Shown: positions 12,446-25,675, counted from the first letter of the whole stretch. The stretch is 62,975 bases of DNA, filler included, from Octopus bimaculoides (GCF_001194135.2; 6 parts of 6 records of this genome joined end to end with filler, not necessarily neighbours in it), one strand, 5' to 3'. Notes: generated by a model not told the origin, from the letters alone. Numbers and translations: made by a program.

Positions 12446-12697
12446 AGATGGTAGCTGATGATCTACGTGTACCATGGGCGCGGGAACTCCCATATCACGT
12501 GATTTCATTTAGCAGAAAATCATCAACGAGAAGTGTGTGGTCACTGCATGCCGGTCAAATATCGCTGCTATTGTAGCATCAAGATTTGACTAGCATGCGG
12601 TGACCGGACGTTTCCCACTGATGATTTCCTGTAGAATAAAATCACGTGATATGGAAGTTCCGGTGCCCATGTCAGATGTTTCTGTCTGCTACGATCT
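12446..12697. mobile_element. ~250-bp imperfect palindrome with an HHR-like motif in each arm
   Basis: Core arms 12473-12570 and 12574-12671 enclose a 3-nt loop (TTG), with TA at both outer ends. Each arm reads (C/T)TGATGA..(G/A)AA-ATCACGTGAT-A. Confidence 0.6.
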
Positions 12698-12820
12698 AAG
12701 TGTATGCTTTTATGTATCAAGCGCCTATACGAGAGGATCTCTGGAGACCAATAACGTAATATTCTATGTTGTAACTTACATTTTGGTATTAATATTACTT
12801 CCGTCGCTAATAATCAATAA

Positions 12821-12862
<42 letters not shown>

Positions 12863-13125
12863 NNNNNNNNNNNNNNNNNNNNNNNNNNNNNNNNNNNNNN
12901 NNNNNNNNNNNNNNNNNNNNNNNNNNNNNNNNNNNNNNNNNNNNNNNNNNNNNNNNNNNNNNNNNNNNNNNNNNNNNNNNNNNNNNNNNNNNNNNNNNNN
13001 NNNNNNNNNNNNNNNNNNNNNNNNNNNNNNNNNNNNNNNNNNNNNNNNNNNNNNNNNNNNNNNNNNNNNNNNNNNNNNNNNNNNNNNNNTATATATATAT
13101 ATATGCATATATATATTCTTTTATT

Positions 13126-13280
13126 CTTTCATTTGTTTCAGTCATTTGAGCATCACCTTTAGTCGAACAAATCGACCCCAGGACTTATTATATCGGTCTC
13201 TTTTGTCGAACCACTAAGTTACGGGGATGTAACACACCAACATCAGTTGAAAGGTGATGGTGGGAGGACAAATACAGACA
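13126..13280 (-). mobile_element. SINE family A 3' fragment
   Basis: Reverse complement of the 6850-7029 tail. Confidence 0.8.
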
Positions 13281-13589
13281 CATATACATATATATGTAAT
13301 ATACTAGCTGACGTACCCAGCAATTCCCAAAAAAGCGAGGCTTATCCCATGGTTCCGTTCTCATGTACATAATTTCTCATCTCTTGAATATAGAACTGAA
13401 CAAAAATGTTAACAAAAATAAAGAACAAAATGATTGAAGGATCTTCCAAAATATTCTGCAGAGTAAATGAAGAAAAAGCCACTCCATAGGAGATGTCCTG
13501 AAAAACTCAACAAAGTGGCAGTAAGTGGGTACGAAAACCAACAATACCTTTGAAATATGTTTGAACTAATTTATGAAACAAGGCCGGCA

Positions 13590-13752
13590 ATTTTGAGAGA
13601 AGGGAGTTTGTTGATTACAACCATCCCAAAACCTGACTAATATTTATTTTATCAAAAGGATGAAAAGCAAACTCGACGTCGATGGAATTTGAACTCAGGA
13701 CGTAAAAAAAAAAAAAGAATCGGCGTGCTAACGATTCTGTCAGCTCGCCTCC
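13590..13752 (-). mobile_element. SINE family C, decayed
   Basis: GGAATTTGAACTCAGGACGT...GCTAACGATTCTGTCAGCTCGCC. Confidence 0.7.
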
Positions 13753-14552
13753 TTCCCAATAATGGTAGTCGATTCTATTCAGCTGGATTTTCTATTTCTT
13801 TCGTCCATGAAGCGTTTATGTTCAGTGCTGCTACTGCTATTGAGTATATCATTTAGCGGCTAACACGGAGCAAGAAAGAAATCTAATTAAATCTTGACAA
13901 ATTTGCAAGTTAAACAAGGACGAATGTATTGCTTGCGAAAACTGACGTCTGTGAATACCTCTGAGCGCATCACCTGGAAACAAGGACATTGGGGATTCTA
14001 CTGATTATAGTGGCCGTACATTTTGGATATCTTGCACGACAATACTTTCCAGTTCACTGCTCCAATGTTACTGAGTTTAACTTTACTTTTATTTCCTACA
14101 TAATTAATTAAATAGAAAATAATATGGTAAATATTTAAATTTGTTTCTTAAAATTTATATCATAATCATGAAGATTTACCAGGGTAAGATCAAATCAATA
14201 TATGGCATGAAGTAGAGGTTTTCTACTAAAGGCTCGAGCATCGTTTATAGTCCAATTTGTTGTCGAACAACTTCGGATACTTTATTTGATTTTAAGTTAG
14301 CTTTAATTTTCGTCGTTTGCTTAACATTGAGCGTCAGTTACTTCTGTTTCTGAAGAAAAGATAGATAACCCTGTCACACTGTTGCCGGAAGAAAAAGAAA
14401 GAGGCGATAGATGGTGGATGATTGTTGTTTAACTACAGATCATTTTTGACCAATAAATTTTTTGTATATCATTTTTTTGTATAAATGATTGAGGAGTCTT
14501 CCAAAATATTTTGCAGAAGAAATGACGAGAAAGCCACTACCCTGAAAAATTC

Positions 14553-14766
14553 TACAAAGTGGTGGTAAGCGAGTGCAAAAACCAACAATACCTTAAATAT
14601 GTTTGGAGTTAAAGCATAAATAGGAAATGCTTGGACTTAAAGCAGAAACAGGAAATCTGTACAAAGTGGTGGTAAGCGAGTGCAAAAACCAACAATACCT
14701 TAAATTTGTTTGGAGTTAAAGCAGAAATAGGAAATGCTTGGACTTAAAGCAGAAACAGGAAATCTG
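14553..14766. repeat. 107-bp tandem duplication (2 copies)
   Basis: TACAAAGTGG starts at 14553 and again at 14660. There are about 2 mismatches in the body and an internal ~28-bp subrepeat. Confidence 0.9.
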
Positions 14767-15961
14767 ACCACATTAGCCATGGTATCCTTTCTTTCTATAA
14801 AACGATAGGTTTTCATTTGAAGGATTTCTAGTATTTCATCGACTGTACGTATAGGCTCCGATAGAAAACAATTGTGGCTGCGAGAGAAAATGGCGGATTG
14901 TAGAGTGGTGGTTGAATCGGTAGAACGTTTGACAAAATTTCTTTTATTTAGTTACTTTCTTTTACGTTTTATGTCTTTAGTTCAAATCCTACCACGACTG
15001 ATTTTGCCTCTCATCTTTCTAAGATTTATATAAAATAAGTACCAGCTGTTGTTGATCCTCCAGCTCAAACATGATCGGATTGACATATGAGAAAGTTATT
15101 CAGATAGTAGGGGATGAAAGTGGTTTCTGATTTATTAGGAATCGTTATCTTCATTAACTTAATCATTTAGATTTAGACGTAAAATATTAACATTCTCCTC
15201 TGTGATTAATTTACTGCAGACGAACCCTTAACAGTTTTATTGTATTTTTTTCATTTTCAAACTTATAAAATAAGACAAGTATTAAACCCTAGGAGAGGCA
15301 TTGCTAGTAATTTTATGATTTCAGTGTAGAAAAGATTTAACTAAAATCTGTGAATATTTAATAATACCAAGTAAAACCACCTGAATGTATAGAAAACATT
15401 TGAAGAAATATGATGAGGCAGAGCATTTGCTTCTCTCAAAGGAAATGTCTAAGACATAAAATCTATACGACTAATGTTCATAACGTGCAGCAAATAGCTT
15501 GAGTAATTTCTCGGATTTAATCTTCTTAATGTTACACAATCAGTTATATCTGGAGATTCCACCTGACGATTTAACATATACATCATCGCCAAAACTTGAT
15601 ATCAAAGACTTTAATGTATCTTAGGAACAGAAAATTCTTCAATCCTGATCCTCTACATTCTGAGTCTCAACAAAGTTCAAGTGTGGACTCTATATTACAG
15701 TACTACTTTCATATCTGAGACAGTACTACTACTAGACATACAGCCTAATCTGCATACTCGACAAGACTGATACTACAGATCCACCTAGAAGTATATTGCG
15801 GTATCTAACCCATACAGACTCTTCCCTCTCATTATATCGCTACTGCAACAAAAAAATTATCTCTAATATTCCTGTTTTGCTTACTGTGACAAAATATATC
15901 TCTTAAAGTCATCTCTCTGCAACTGAGTTAACTTGGTCAACCTAGTTATAGACACACACCA

Positions 15962-16090
<129 letters not shown>

Positions 16091-18349
16091 TATTTATCTC
16101 TCTATCTTATTCATTCACTCACTCTTTCTGCCTGTCCTATAACTACTCAACAGTCTCTCCTATTCTCGACACCCTTATAGTCTAACCTCCATGACCATAT
16201 ATTAAACTTTTCTCCTAGTCCTTTCCCCTCTGAACTACAACTACTATAATTCCATCTCGATCCTATATCTACTGGCAAACATTGAAACTGAACATCAACT
16301 GCATTAGTCTCGTCCAGTCTCGGATGCCTTTAAATGTTATGGATAAATAATAGAAAAGGCTATTGAATGTCTCTGTAGCTAACTTATAAAAAGAAAATTA
16401 GTTTCCTCATTTTTGATGCCAATTAATGCCAGGAGTTGGATGTATCTCTCAACCTGTTTAGACTTTAAAACATCAATGAAGAATTATGTCTTTATGTTGT
16501 GTTTCTAGTTATGTCAATCCCCTCCAAGCCAAAAAATCATGTCAAGATTTCAGTGCAGCACAGTCAACCAACGAAACACCATTCATCATTTATATAATAC
16601 TCCTTCATTACTTACTACGGGTAACTTAGTCTCTTGATGATATCTCTAGGTTGAATGGACCATTGAAATTTTTTTTCTCTGGGACAGGTACAAAATTTTA
16701 TCTCGTTGTTTTTTGGGGGGTTTTTTTTTTTTCGCTTATTCTGTTCTTCTCTCCCTGATAAAAATGAAAACAATTACTTGAATATACTACACGAATATGA
16801 CATAATTAATTCTATACAGATGAAATCTAACATATAGAAACAGACTGTTTATAGATATAGATATTGAATAAATATAAAATATTAAATATTGGAGTGTAAA
16901 TAACATAGCATTTTGAGTCGTTTGTCTATTTGAAATGAAAATATATTTTTCAAATGCTTATCTCCTTCTGGAGTATCATTCACTACTTTCCTCAACTCTA
17001 CACCAAGATCGAACTTTAATTTACCGAATATCAGTTGTGCCGAATATCAGTTCACTAAAATTTTAGGGGATAAATTCTACAAACTTACCTGAAAATGGCA
17101 CACCATTGAGACTTTATCAATTATATGCTAAAGATGTTATAATATATTACAGAAACAGTTAATAAATTCATTAATTATACACTTTTTTGTATATTATCTT
17201 CTTAAATGACAGAATATCTCAATGGAAGTGGAATAAAATTCCAAGATATCCGAAACTTAGCTGGTATCTTTTTAATGGTTACACAAAATTATTTCATGTA
17301 TTCAAGGATCTGTTAGTTCTACTAAGATATTTTCGTTTTCCTTTTTCTTCTTCTGGGAGGATTTTTTTTCTTCATTTTTGCTATTTTTTACGAATCTTCA
17401 GATTGTTTAGAATAATGGCTTTTCCGATATCTAAAGAATACGAATAGAAAATTAAAGATAAAAAAAAACTCCTTCAAATGCAAATCACGTGGTATTAGCA
17501 TTATTTAGCATATTTCCCCGTAAAGTTAAATCATTTACATGCAAATATGAAAAGCTAGGCTATTGTTGCTTCAAACTATTTGCGTAGAGTGTTGAAAGCT
17601 AAGGAAGACCTTTTATATTGTAAGTGTGTTATTTCATACTCAATAAAGATAGTTTGGCTTTCTACTCAATGATAACAATAAATGTATGGATATAAATGTA
17701 TACGTGGCACACACATCTTCGTGTGTATTTGTCAGTGTGCGCTAGTGAGCTTGTTTTCGTATGTGCATGTATGAAACAATGTTTTGCATGTTTACACGTT
17801 TTTATGCCTATAGTCCTACATTATTTTTCTGTATGTGTATATGTGTCTGTTTCAGACTGTGTGGTTATCCAAATAGTACCACATTATGAAAAGAAGAAAT
17901 AGAATGGATCCAGTGATATCATGAAATGAATATTGCTCTGTTTATGACAGAGATGAAGGGAACTCGTGTTCTTAAGTTAACCTATTGTATCTTACTATAC
18001 ATAAGTGCGACCATCCAAGGCAATCGATGTCAAGATAAACACTGTTAGTCATAAATTGATAGTTTTGTCCTCTGATCAAAGCCTGTGGTTCATTATATTG
18101 TAAGTCTCCTAATGTCTTGAAAATATTGATTTCTAACTTTAGCCGGAAGCCACAAACAAGTTTTTGGGAGAGAAATATAGACGATTTAATGGAACTTCAG
18201 TATTTGACTGATATTGTTTTATCAGCTCTAGAGAAATGAAACGCATAGTTAACTTCGATGGCTGTTTGAAACCAGAGCATAATAGGACGTGCCTAAATAT
18301 TACATAATTTACAGCATGAATGCAAGGTTTCAAACTGGATGAGAAAGGA

Positions 18350-18670
18350 ACAGTCGAATATCTTGACCCTAGTACTTGACTGGTACTTATTTTATCAACC
18401 CTAGCAGAAGAATAAAGTCGACCTCAGCGAGATTTGAACACAGAACGTAAAGGAATGTAACTACTTTTCTACTCTAGGCACAAGGCCCGAAATTTTGGGG
18501 AAGGGGCCAGTCGATTAGGTCGACCCCAGTACGCAACTGGTACTTAATTTATCGACTCCGAAAGGCAATGTCGACCTCGGCGGAATTTGAACTCAGAATG
18601 TAAAGACAGACGAAATACCACTAAGCATTTCGCCCGGCGTGCTAACGTTTCTGCCAGCTCGTCGCCTTAA
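18350..18670 (-). mobile_element. Two adjacent SINE family C copies
   Basis: A partial copy at ~18350-18460 and a near-complete copy at ~18470-18670 ending ...TTTCTGCCAGCTCGTCGCCTT. Confidence 0.85.
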
Positions 18671-19455
18671 TGTATCTAAATACTGTAAAGTATTTAGATA
18701 CGAACGTTCAGCGACTAAACATATTAATATCTCACAGAGCACAGGGAAGGCGTGCTTGAGATTACAGATCCCACTACTTGAATATGTTTAGTTGATAAAT
18801 CAGAACATATGGCCTTTGATTGACAAAATCGTCGGGCCATTGGACAAATGCCTTCTTTCAACTACTTTAGTTCTTAGTTCATATCTTTCTGAGGTCAACT
18901 TTGCCTTTCGCTCTTTCAGAATCGATGAAATAAAATACGAATAAAAGTATACGAGTCACTTTAGCCACATATACTCGTACCAATCCCAGAAGTCAATAAT
19001 GATATGAATAGATTTGCTGGGATTAAGGAAACTACTGATCGCTTGTGTTCGAAACTTTCACAGTCTTATGTTAGCTAATAGTAATATGTATGAATATAAA
19101 CTAAAACTAGGCTATACATGTGTGTGTGTGTGTGTGTTTNNNNNNNNNNNNNNNNNNNNNNNNNNNNNNNNNNNNNNNNNNNNNNNNNNNNNNNNNNNNN
19201 NNNNNNNNNNNNNNNNNNNNNNNNNNNNNNNNNNNNNNNNNNNNNNNNNNNNNNNNNNNNNNNNNNNNNNNNNNNNNNNNNNNNNNNNNNNNNNNNNNNN
19301 NNNNNNNNNNNNNNNNNNNNNNNNNNNNNNNNNNNNNNNNNNNNNNNNNNNNNNNNNNNNNNNNNNNNNNNNNNNNNNNNNNNNNNNNNNNNNNNNNNNN
19401 NNNNNNNNNNNNNNNNNNNNNNNNNNNNNNNNNNNNNNNNNNNNNNNNNNNNNNN

Positions 19456-19490
<35 letters not shown>

Positions 19491-19686
19491 CTTACACAGC
19501 TGTACTGTTATCAAGGACAGTATCGTTAATAACATAAATATCAACTCTACATATATAATGTACTTTATTGGATTATAGTCTCCTCCATTTCATTTCTAGA
19601 TTCACATTACTTATATATCCGTATGTACGAGTGTACATTGTGCGTGTGTGCATGTGCATGTGTATGGATGTGTGCGTATGTGTGCA

Positions 19687-19718
<32 letters not shown>

Positions 19719-19861
19719 TACGTGCGTGCGTGTTTTAATGTCTTAGCCAGAGGAGAAAAGAAAGGTGAGCATGACTCTTTTGAGGACCTCCGAGATTAGT
19801 AAGAAGAGAAGAATCTATCTTCAAATTAGAGATCTGGCCCAAATGTTTGCAACAGATTGCT

Positions 19862-20196
19862 GAGACCCCCTTCGGTCATGACTGACCATGGGATTGCACC
19901 TAGAAAGTTACCCTCCCAGGCACAAGTCCGGGCAAGGTTGCTTATGGAAGACCAGCAGTCGCCCATGCATACCGGCCTCCCCTCTCCACGCCACCGATGT
20001 CATCCAAGAGAAAGGCAAAGGTCGATACAGCTTGGCACCAGTGACGTCGCAACTCATATCTACAGCTGAGGGAACTGGAGCAACGTGAAATAAAGTGTCT
20101 TGCTCAAGAACACAACACGCAGCCCGGTCCGGGATTCGAACTCACAACTTCACGATCGTAAGCTCGACGCTCTAACCACTAAGACATGCGCCTTCA
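19862..20196 (-). mobile_element. Full-length tRNA-derived SINE with target-site duplication
   Basis: Minus head GGCGCATGTCTTAGTGGTTAGAGCG...GAGTTCGAATCCCGG. TTGCAACAGA flanks both sides (19847-19856 and 20199-20208). Confidence 0.85.
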
Positions 20197-20879
20197 CATT
20201 GCAACAGACTACACTCTGCTAAAACCAACCAGAGACCAGATGGTGGCGTTAGGCCAAACAAGAGATTAAGTCTGCCATACAATTGCTGTGGTTATTTCGT
20301 CCGTTTCTATTTCTTCAAGTATCTGCGTTTCTTAAAATGGTAAGGTATGATCTGAGGGAATTTGACAACTTATTTTAACAGCTATAGTAACCACGGTGAG
20401 GCTCCCTCATTGGTAGACTGAGTTACTTTACATAGTACTTGGTTGTAATTAACTGTGAATAGTTAAGAACAGGAAGCAGTTTACTTGGTATCGAGTAATT
20501 GTCGAGTCAAATACTTTTCGACATGAAACGTAATAATTCTGACAAGAAAATTGGCTAAAATGATTTATTAACTCCCTAGTTTAATATAAAACCGAATTCA
20601 TTTAAAAACTGCCTTATAGCTTCCCGTTCTTAAGAGGCAGGAAAAATTAAGTTAGAAACGCGGGCACTCCTCAAAGGAAAAATGGCTCTCCAGCCATTTA
20701 CAACATTTTCAATTAAATCTCTTGTTTAATATCTGATCTTTTCCTTTTTTTTTTTTTTTTTTTTTTTTTTTTGGCAGAATATGGAATTATATATTCTTAC
20801 ATGCATATACAGATTTTACATATCTAAGTACGTACATACATACATACATACATACATACATACATACATACATACATAC

Positions 20880-20946
<67 letters not shown>

Positions 20947-21002
20947 NNNNNNNNNNACAGACAGACAGACGGACGGACAGACAGACAGACAGATATATAG
21001 AT

Positions 21003-21044
<42 letters not shown>

Positions 21045-21569
21045 GTATGTATATATCATATCTATATGTGCGTGTGTGTGTGTATCATTACATCATATAT
21101 ATATGCGGTATATACATATTATTACAGCATAGTGTAGTATAATACGTTATATCTTATATTATGTATGTATGCGTGCAGGCATGTATGTTAAGACATATGT
21201 TTCTATACGTTGAAAAATGTTCAGATTTCAAATAAGATACTTAATAGAAAATGTTATAAATGGCCAGAAAATTTATATGTATATATATGTGTGTGTGTGT
21301 GTGCGCGCGCGCGCTTGTGTATGCAAGCATGTATGTATATTTGTGTGTGTATGTATGTATGTATGTATGTATGTATGCATATATCAATGCACATTAAATA
21401 CTATTTTATGCGTATCCACCCAAATATTTTCCTGTTTTCTTTGGGGTTTTTTTTTTTTTGGCTTTCATTGATTTTTCTCTCCCATTCTTTCTTCTCAACT
21501 CTCACCGTCTGGGGTGAAAAAGACAGTACACTTGCCGCATTCACTTCATGGGGAGTGGGGTATGTGCCT

Positions 21570-21980
21570 TTCTCTCTGAGCGAACTCGGACATTTCCAAC
21601 AACTGACCTCCAGAAAATGCGATCATTCATAGATAGTAGTCAGATTCTCCAACTTTATCGCAATGTCTTGTTGGTCAATGCACGTAAAGTGACATATGTC
21701 TCTTCTTTCACCCTTGGACTTACATAGCTACAACAGTCACACTAGTCACACTACCTCATATTAATTTCGCTAACAACGGCCAAAAAACATTATTCTTCTT
21801 TGTTGCGATCTTTTTGTTATTTGAGGTAGATTACTATAATATTCGCATTGGTTTTATAGTTCCCGCATGACGTGTCCAACCGTTTCTGTAGAACATTTGT
21901 TAGTGTCATTGTCTCGACGCAGGTCACAATTTAGATTTGATCTCCATGTTGTCCTCATTTTGCGTTAGATGCTGACCAAT
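21570..21980 (-). mobile_element. RTE-type LINE, ORF C-terminal/3' part (pseudogenised)
   Basis: Frameshifted motifs WSASN.KMRTTWRSNL, ETMTLT....KRLD, LPQITKRSQQRRIMFFGRC and MNDRIFWRSVV. Confidence 0.7.
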
Positions 21981-21984
21981 ATGC

Positions 21985-22775
21985 GATGGAGGAAAGTATT
22001 GTCTGGTGGAGAGACCTTCTTGATCAGCCATCTGACATCACTAACGTACCGATCTACCAAGTAGATGTTGAAGGTCTAGCAATAAATACAATCGAGTTTA
22101 CAAGAACGCATAACAACTTTTGCAAATAATAAAGCTTCTGGTCTGGACATCATTCCGATCGAGGTTTGGAATACAAGTGCAATCACAGAACTTTTGGGTG
22201 AAAAGTAGCAGTGTTCCAATCCCGAGTCAGTGACCTAGGCATCATAGGAAATTATACAGGAAAAAGTTTGTTGGTATAATCTGTGAAATTTATGATCTGC
22301 GAAANNNNNNNNNNAGTTTGTTGGTATAATCTGTGAAATTTATGATCTGCGAAATTTATGATCCAATAAATTTATGATCTGCTAAATTTATGATCTACGT
22401 ACTTTTGATCTGCGAATTTTATGATATGTTACAATGAAGAATCAGACATCACTTAGAACTAATCCTCAGAAACAACTAGGATTCGAACCAAACTATTCCA
22501 CTACAGCATAAGTGCTTTCTTTGCGAATATTGTTAGGGTAGTAAAAGATTATAATCCAGAAACATTACTAACTTTTGTGAATTTCAAAAGTGCTACAAGA
22601 ACTGCCTCAGCTGACTAATCTACCGGATTTGCCAAATGGTATGAACATAAATACCCAGCTAAATATAGTAACAGGAACAGATTTTGCAGGCGATATTACT
22701 TGATTGAGCTGGAAAAGGATACTAACGCTATCTGCTACAAGACAAGAACTGAGTTCATCTCTCTTAAACATCATA
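21985..22775 (+). mobile_element. RTE-type LINE, reverse transcriptase N-terminal to middle part (pseudogenised, inverted relative to the 3' part)
   Basis: Motifs NNKASGLDIIPIEVW, PIP..DLGIIGNYTGKSL, QLGFEP..ST, TFVNFKSA, DFAGDI (FADD equivalent) and TEFIS. Confidence 0.75.
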
Positions 22776-22810
22776 TAAGAATTATAAATAGCTGTGTGTG
22801 TGTGTATGTG

Positions 22811-22894
<84 letters not shown>

Positions 22895-22901
22895 TATGTA
22901 G

Positions 22902-22955
<54 letters not shown>

Positions 22956-22961
22956 GCAGAC

Positions 22962-23061
22962 NNNNNNNNNNNNNNNNNNNNNNNNNNNNNNNNNNNNNNN
23001 NNNNNTTAATTAATTAANNNNNNNNNNNNNNNNNNNNNNNNNNNNNNNNNNNNNNNNNNNN
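22962..23061. other. Artificial scaffold linker 44N-TTAATTAATTAA-44N
   Basis: Exactly 100 bp with stops in all six frames. Identical structure occurs five times. Confidence 0.9.
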
Positions 23062-23333
23062 CATGCGTACATACATATCACACACAAATATGTACACATA
23101 TACAAACACATATAAATAAGTGCATATATATGTATACACGCACACATATAATACATAAATCTAAATATATACATATATATGCACATAGACACACGCAGGC
23201 AGGTAGACACAAATTCCTACACAAATTCACACACACACATACAGAAATACACAGTTGGACAAACACGCACACACTTACACATGCACATACGTACACGCAC
23301 ACATAGAACCAAGCACAAACAAACATAATAGAA

Positions 23334-23365
<32 letters not shown>

Positions 23366-23642
23366 CCATACAAAATCCCCCCTCTCTCTCTCTCTCTCTC
23401 ACACATACACACACACAAGCCTACATACACATAGACGCACACATGAAAGTAAATACATAGATCAACACATCCGCGAAACAGACACAAACACCCACACACA
23501 CTAATTGACACATATACACTTACACGGTGCGACTCACACACACACACACACGTACTCACATGTATACACGCATGAAAATATGTAGACACACATATACACG
23601 CGCGCGCACACGCACACGCACACACGCACACACAGACACCCC

Positions 23643-23694
<52 letters not shown>

Positions 23695-23829
23695 TATATC
23701 CGTATAATCACATAGAGATAAACAGACACACAGGTAAGTTGATACACAGGTAAACACACACAGGTGCAACATGGATTGCTGTTGTGACTGGCGACTGTCG
23801 GGCAAGTAAACCACAAACAACAACATTAG

Positions 23830-23846
23830 TAGCAGTAGTAATGGGT

Positions 23847-23877
<31 letters not shown>

Positions 23878-23988
23878 CGGCGGAAGCAGCAGCAGCAGTA
23901 GTAGTAGCAGTAGTAGTAGTCACTTTCATTTTCATCTGCAGTCGTAGTAATTCGGAAGCATCCCTAAGACATCGTCATTAGCCGCCGT

Positions 23989-24049
<61 letters not shown>

Positions 24050-24110
24050 CACTGCTACCACCACCACTACTATTACTACTATAACTTGTACAACTACTAT
24101 TGTTGCTGCT
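23830..24110. repeat. (GTA)n/(GCA)n and (CTA)n/(CTG)n trinucleotide tracts
   Basis: Read directly from sequence. Confidence 0.9.
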
Positions 24111-24799
24111 TGTCGTATGCAAGGAGTCTCTATGAGGTCGGTCATCCTGTAAGAAATAGCAGCTAAATTTCCCTACAATCATATACTGTTGCCTTCACAA
24201 TTGGAAAATACATTACTAAGAAACTAAATAAATATGAAAAAAGAAAAGAAAAACAAAATGGAACAGGCATGGTCGGAACGTCTTGACCCAGAAATAAATA
24301 ACGGTCAACAACACTAATGATAATGACGAGATGACGAGGGTCTTCAACATGTTCGCTCGATCTGCTAGAAATGGCAACCAAGTGTTCTTCAAATCCATTG
24401 CCACGGTTCCAAACAAACAGGAAGGTATCGTTGGAGATTATATTGCCTGGGTACCACTAAAAAGACGTGATAGTCATGGCTGGAGTCTATTAGACCTTAC
24501 ATAGCATAATTGTGCTGTTTTGGGGATGCACAATAGTTAAAACAATCGTAACACCTACAACGTTATGACCAATCAGTATACCAGGAATCGAACCACTAAC
24601 ACTGAATACGCACAATACCTGCTACTACACGAAAAACCATCTTAAAAATACATGCATACATGCATACATAAACATACGTATATATATGTATGTGTGTATG
24701 TAAATTTACATATACATATAAGCATATATTATATTATATATATATAAAACAATAAACATGTACTTATATATATGTGCGTGTGTTTTTTCTCCGGTCTAT

Positions 24800-24960
24800 C
24801 TGTTGCCTCCTCCTTTTCCTCCTTTTTCCCTATTTCCGACGAAGAGCCATGTGCTCGAAACGTCATTTCCACTCCTATTTTCTCATGTAAAACTTACACT
24901 GAGCGTCAATCTAATATATTCACTGGTTATGTCTAACTTTTGTTATTTATTTCATTTGCC
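24800..24960 (+). mobile_element. PLE-like terminal repeat remnant with HHR-like core
   Basis: CCGACGAA-GAGC-catgt-GCTC-GAAAC-GTC at 24836-24864. Downstream GAGCGTCAATCTAATA resembles the 4420-4605 element. Confidence 0.5.
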
Positions 24961-25154
24961 TAAACACACACATACACATATTTATTCCTATGATCGTACT
25001 TACAAGACGAGACACTTTCGAGATGGTTTTGAAATCGTCAGAGTGCACTGTGAACGTGCGTGCATATGCACATCTATCAATGGTTTTACCTCAAACTGCA
25101 GCTCTTTCAGTTTTGAACAATTTATCTATATATGTATCCATATCTATATCTATA

Positions 25155-25440
25155 TTTGCCTTTCATCCTTTCGGGATCGATAAATTAAGTACCAGTTGCA
25201 TACTGGAGTCGATCTAATCGACTGGACCCTTATCCAAAATTCCGGGCTTTGTGGCTAGAGTAGAAAAGAATATATTCCTCTTTTTAAAAAGGCGGCGAGC
25301 TGGCAGAAACGTTAGCATGCCGGAGGAAATGCTTAGCGGTATTTCGTCTGACATATATACGTTCTGAGTTCAAATTCCGCCGAGGTCGATTTTGCCTTTC
25401 ATCCTTTCGGGGTCGATAAATTAAGTGCGAGCACACTGGT
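25155..25440 (+). mobile_element. SINE family C tail fragment plus a second copy
   Basis: GGCGGCGAGCTGGCAGAAACGTTAGC...GAGTTCAAATTCCGCCGAGGTCG...GGGGTCGATAAATTAAGT. Confidence 0.85.
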
Positions 25441-25675
25441 ATGCATGCGTACATGCATGCGAATATACACATGCACATATGAATGTGTGTGTATGTGTAT
25501 GTATGCGTGCATGTGTGTACATGTGTGCGTATGCACGTGTATGTGTGTGCGTGTTCGTCCAAGCGTATATATGTGTGCTCGTGTGTGCAGACATGCGCGC
25601 GGGCACCCAGGTACAGATGCGCACGCTCGCATCAATACACACATGTACACAAAACTATATGAACAAATGCAAAAC

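Noticed and set aside
17380-17430. Minus-strand acceptor followed by DIGKAIILNN, faintly caspase-like
   Set aside because: All three frames hit a stop within 17 codons.
20130-20196. tRNA gene calls at SINE heads (also 39743, 11526 and 6635)
   Set aside because: Box A/B are present, but the acceptor stems do not close and the sequence continues into SINE bodies.
22263-22352. 40-bp direct duplication flanking a 10-N gap
   Set aside because: Looks like an unmerged contig overlap.
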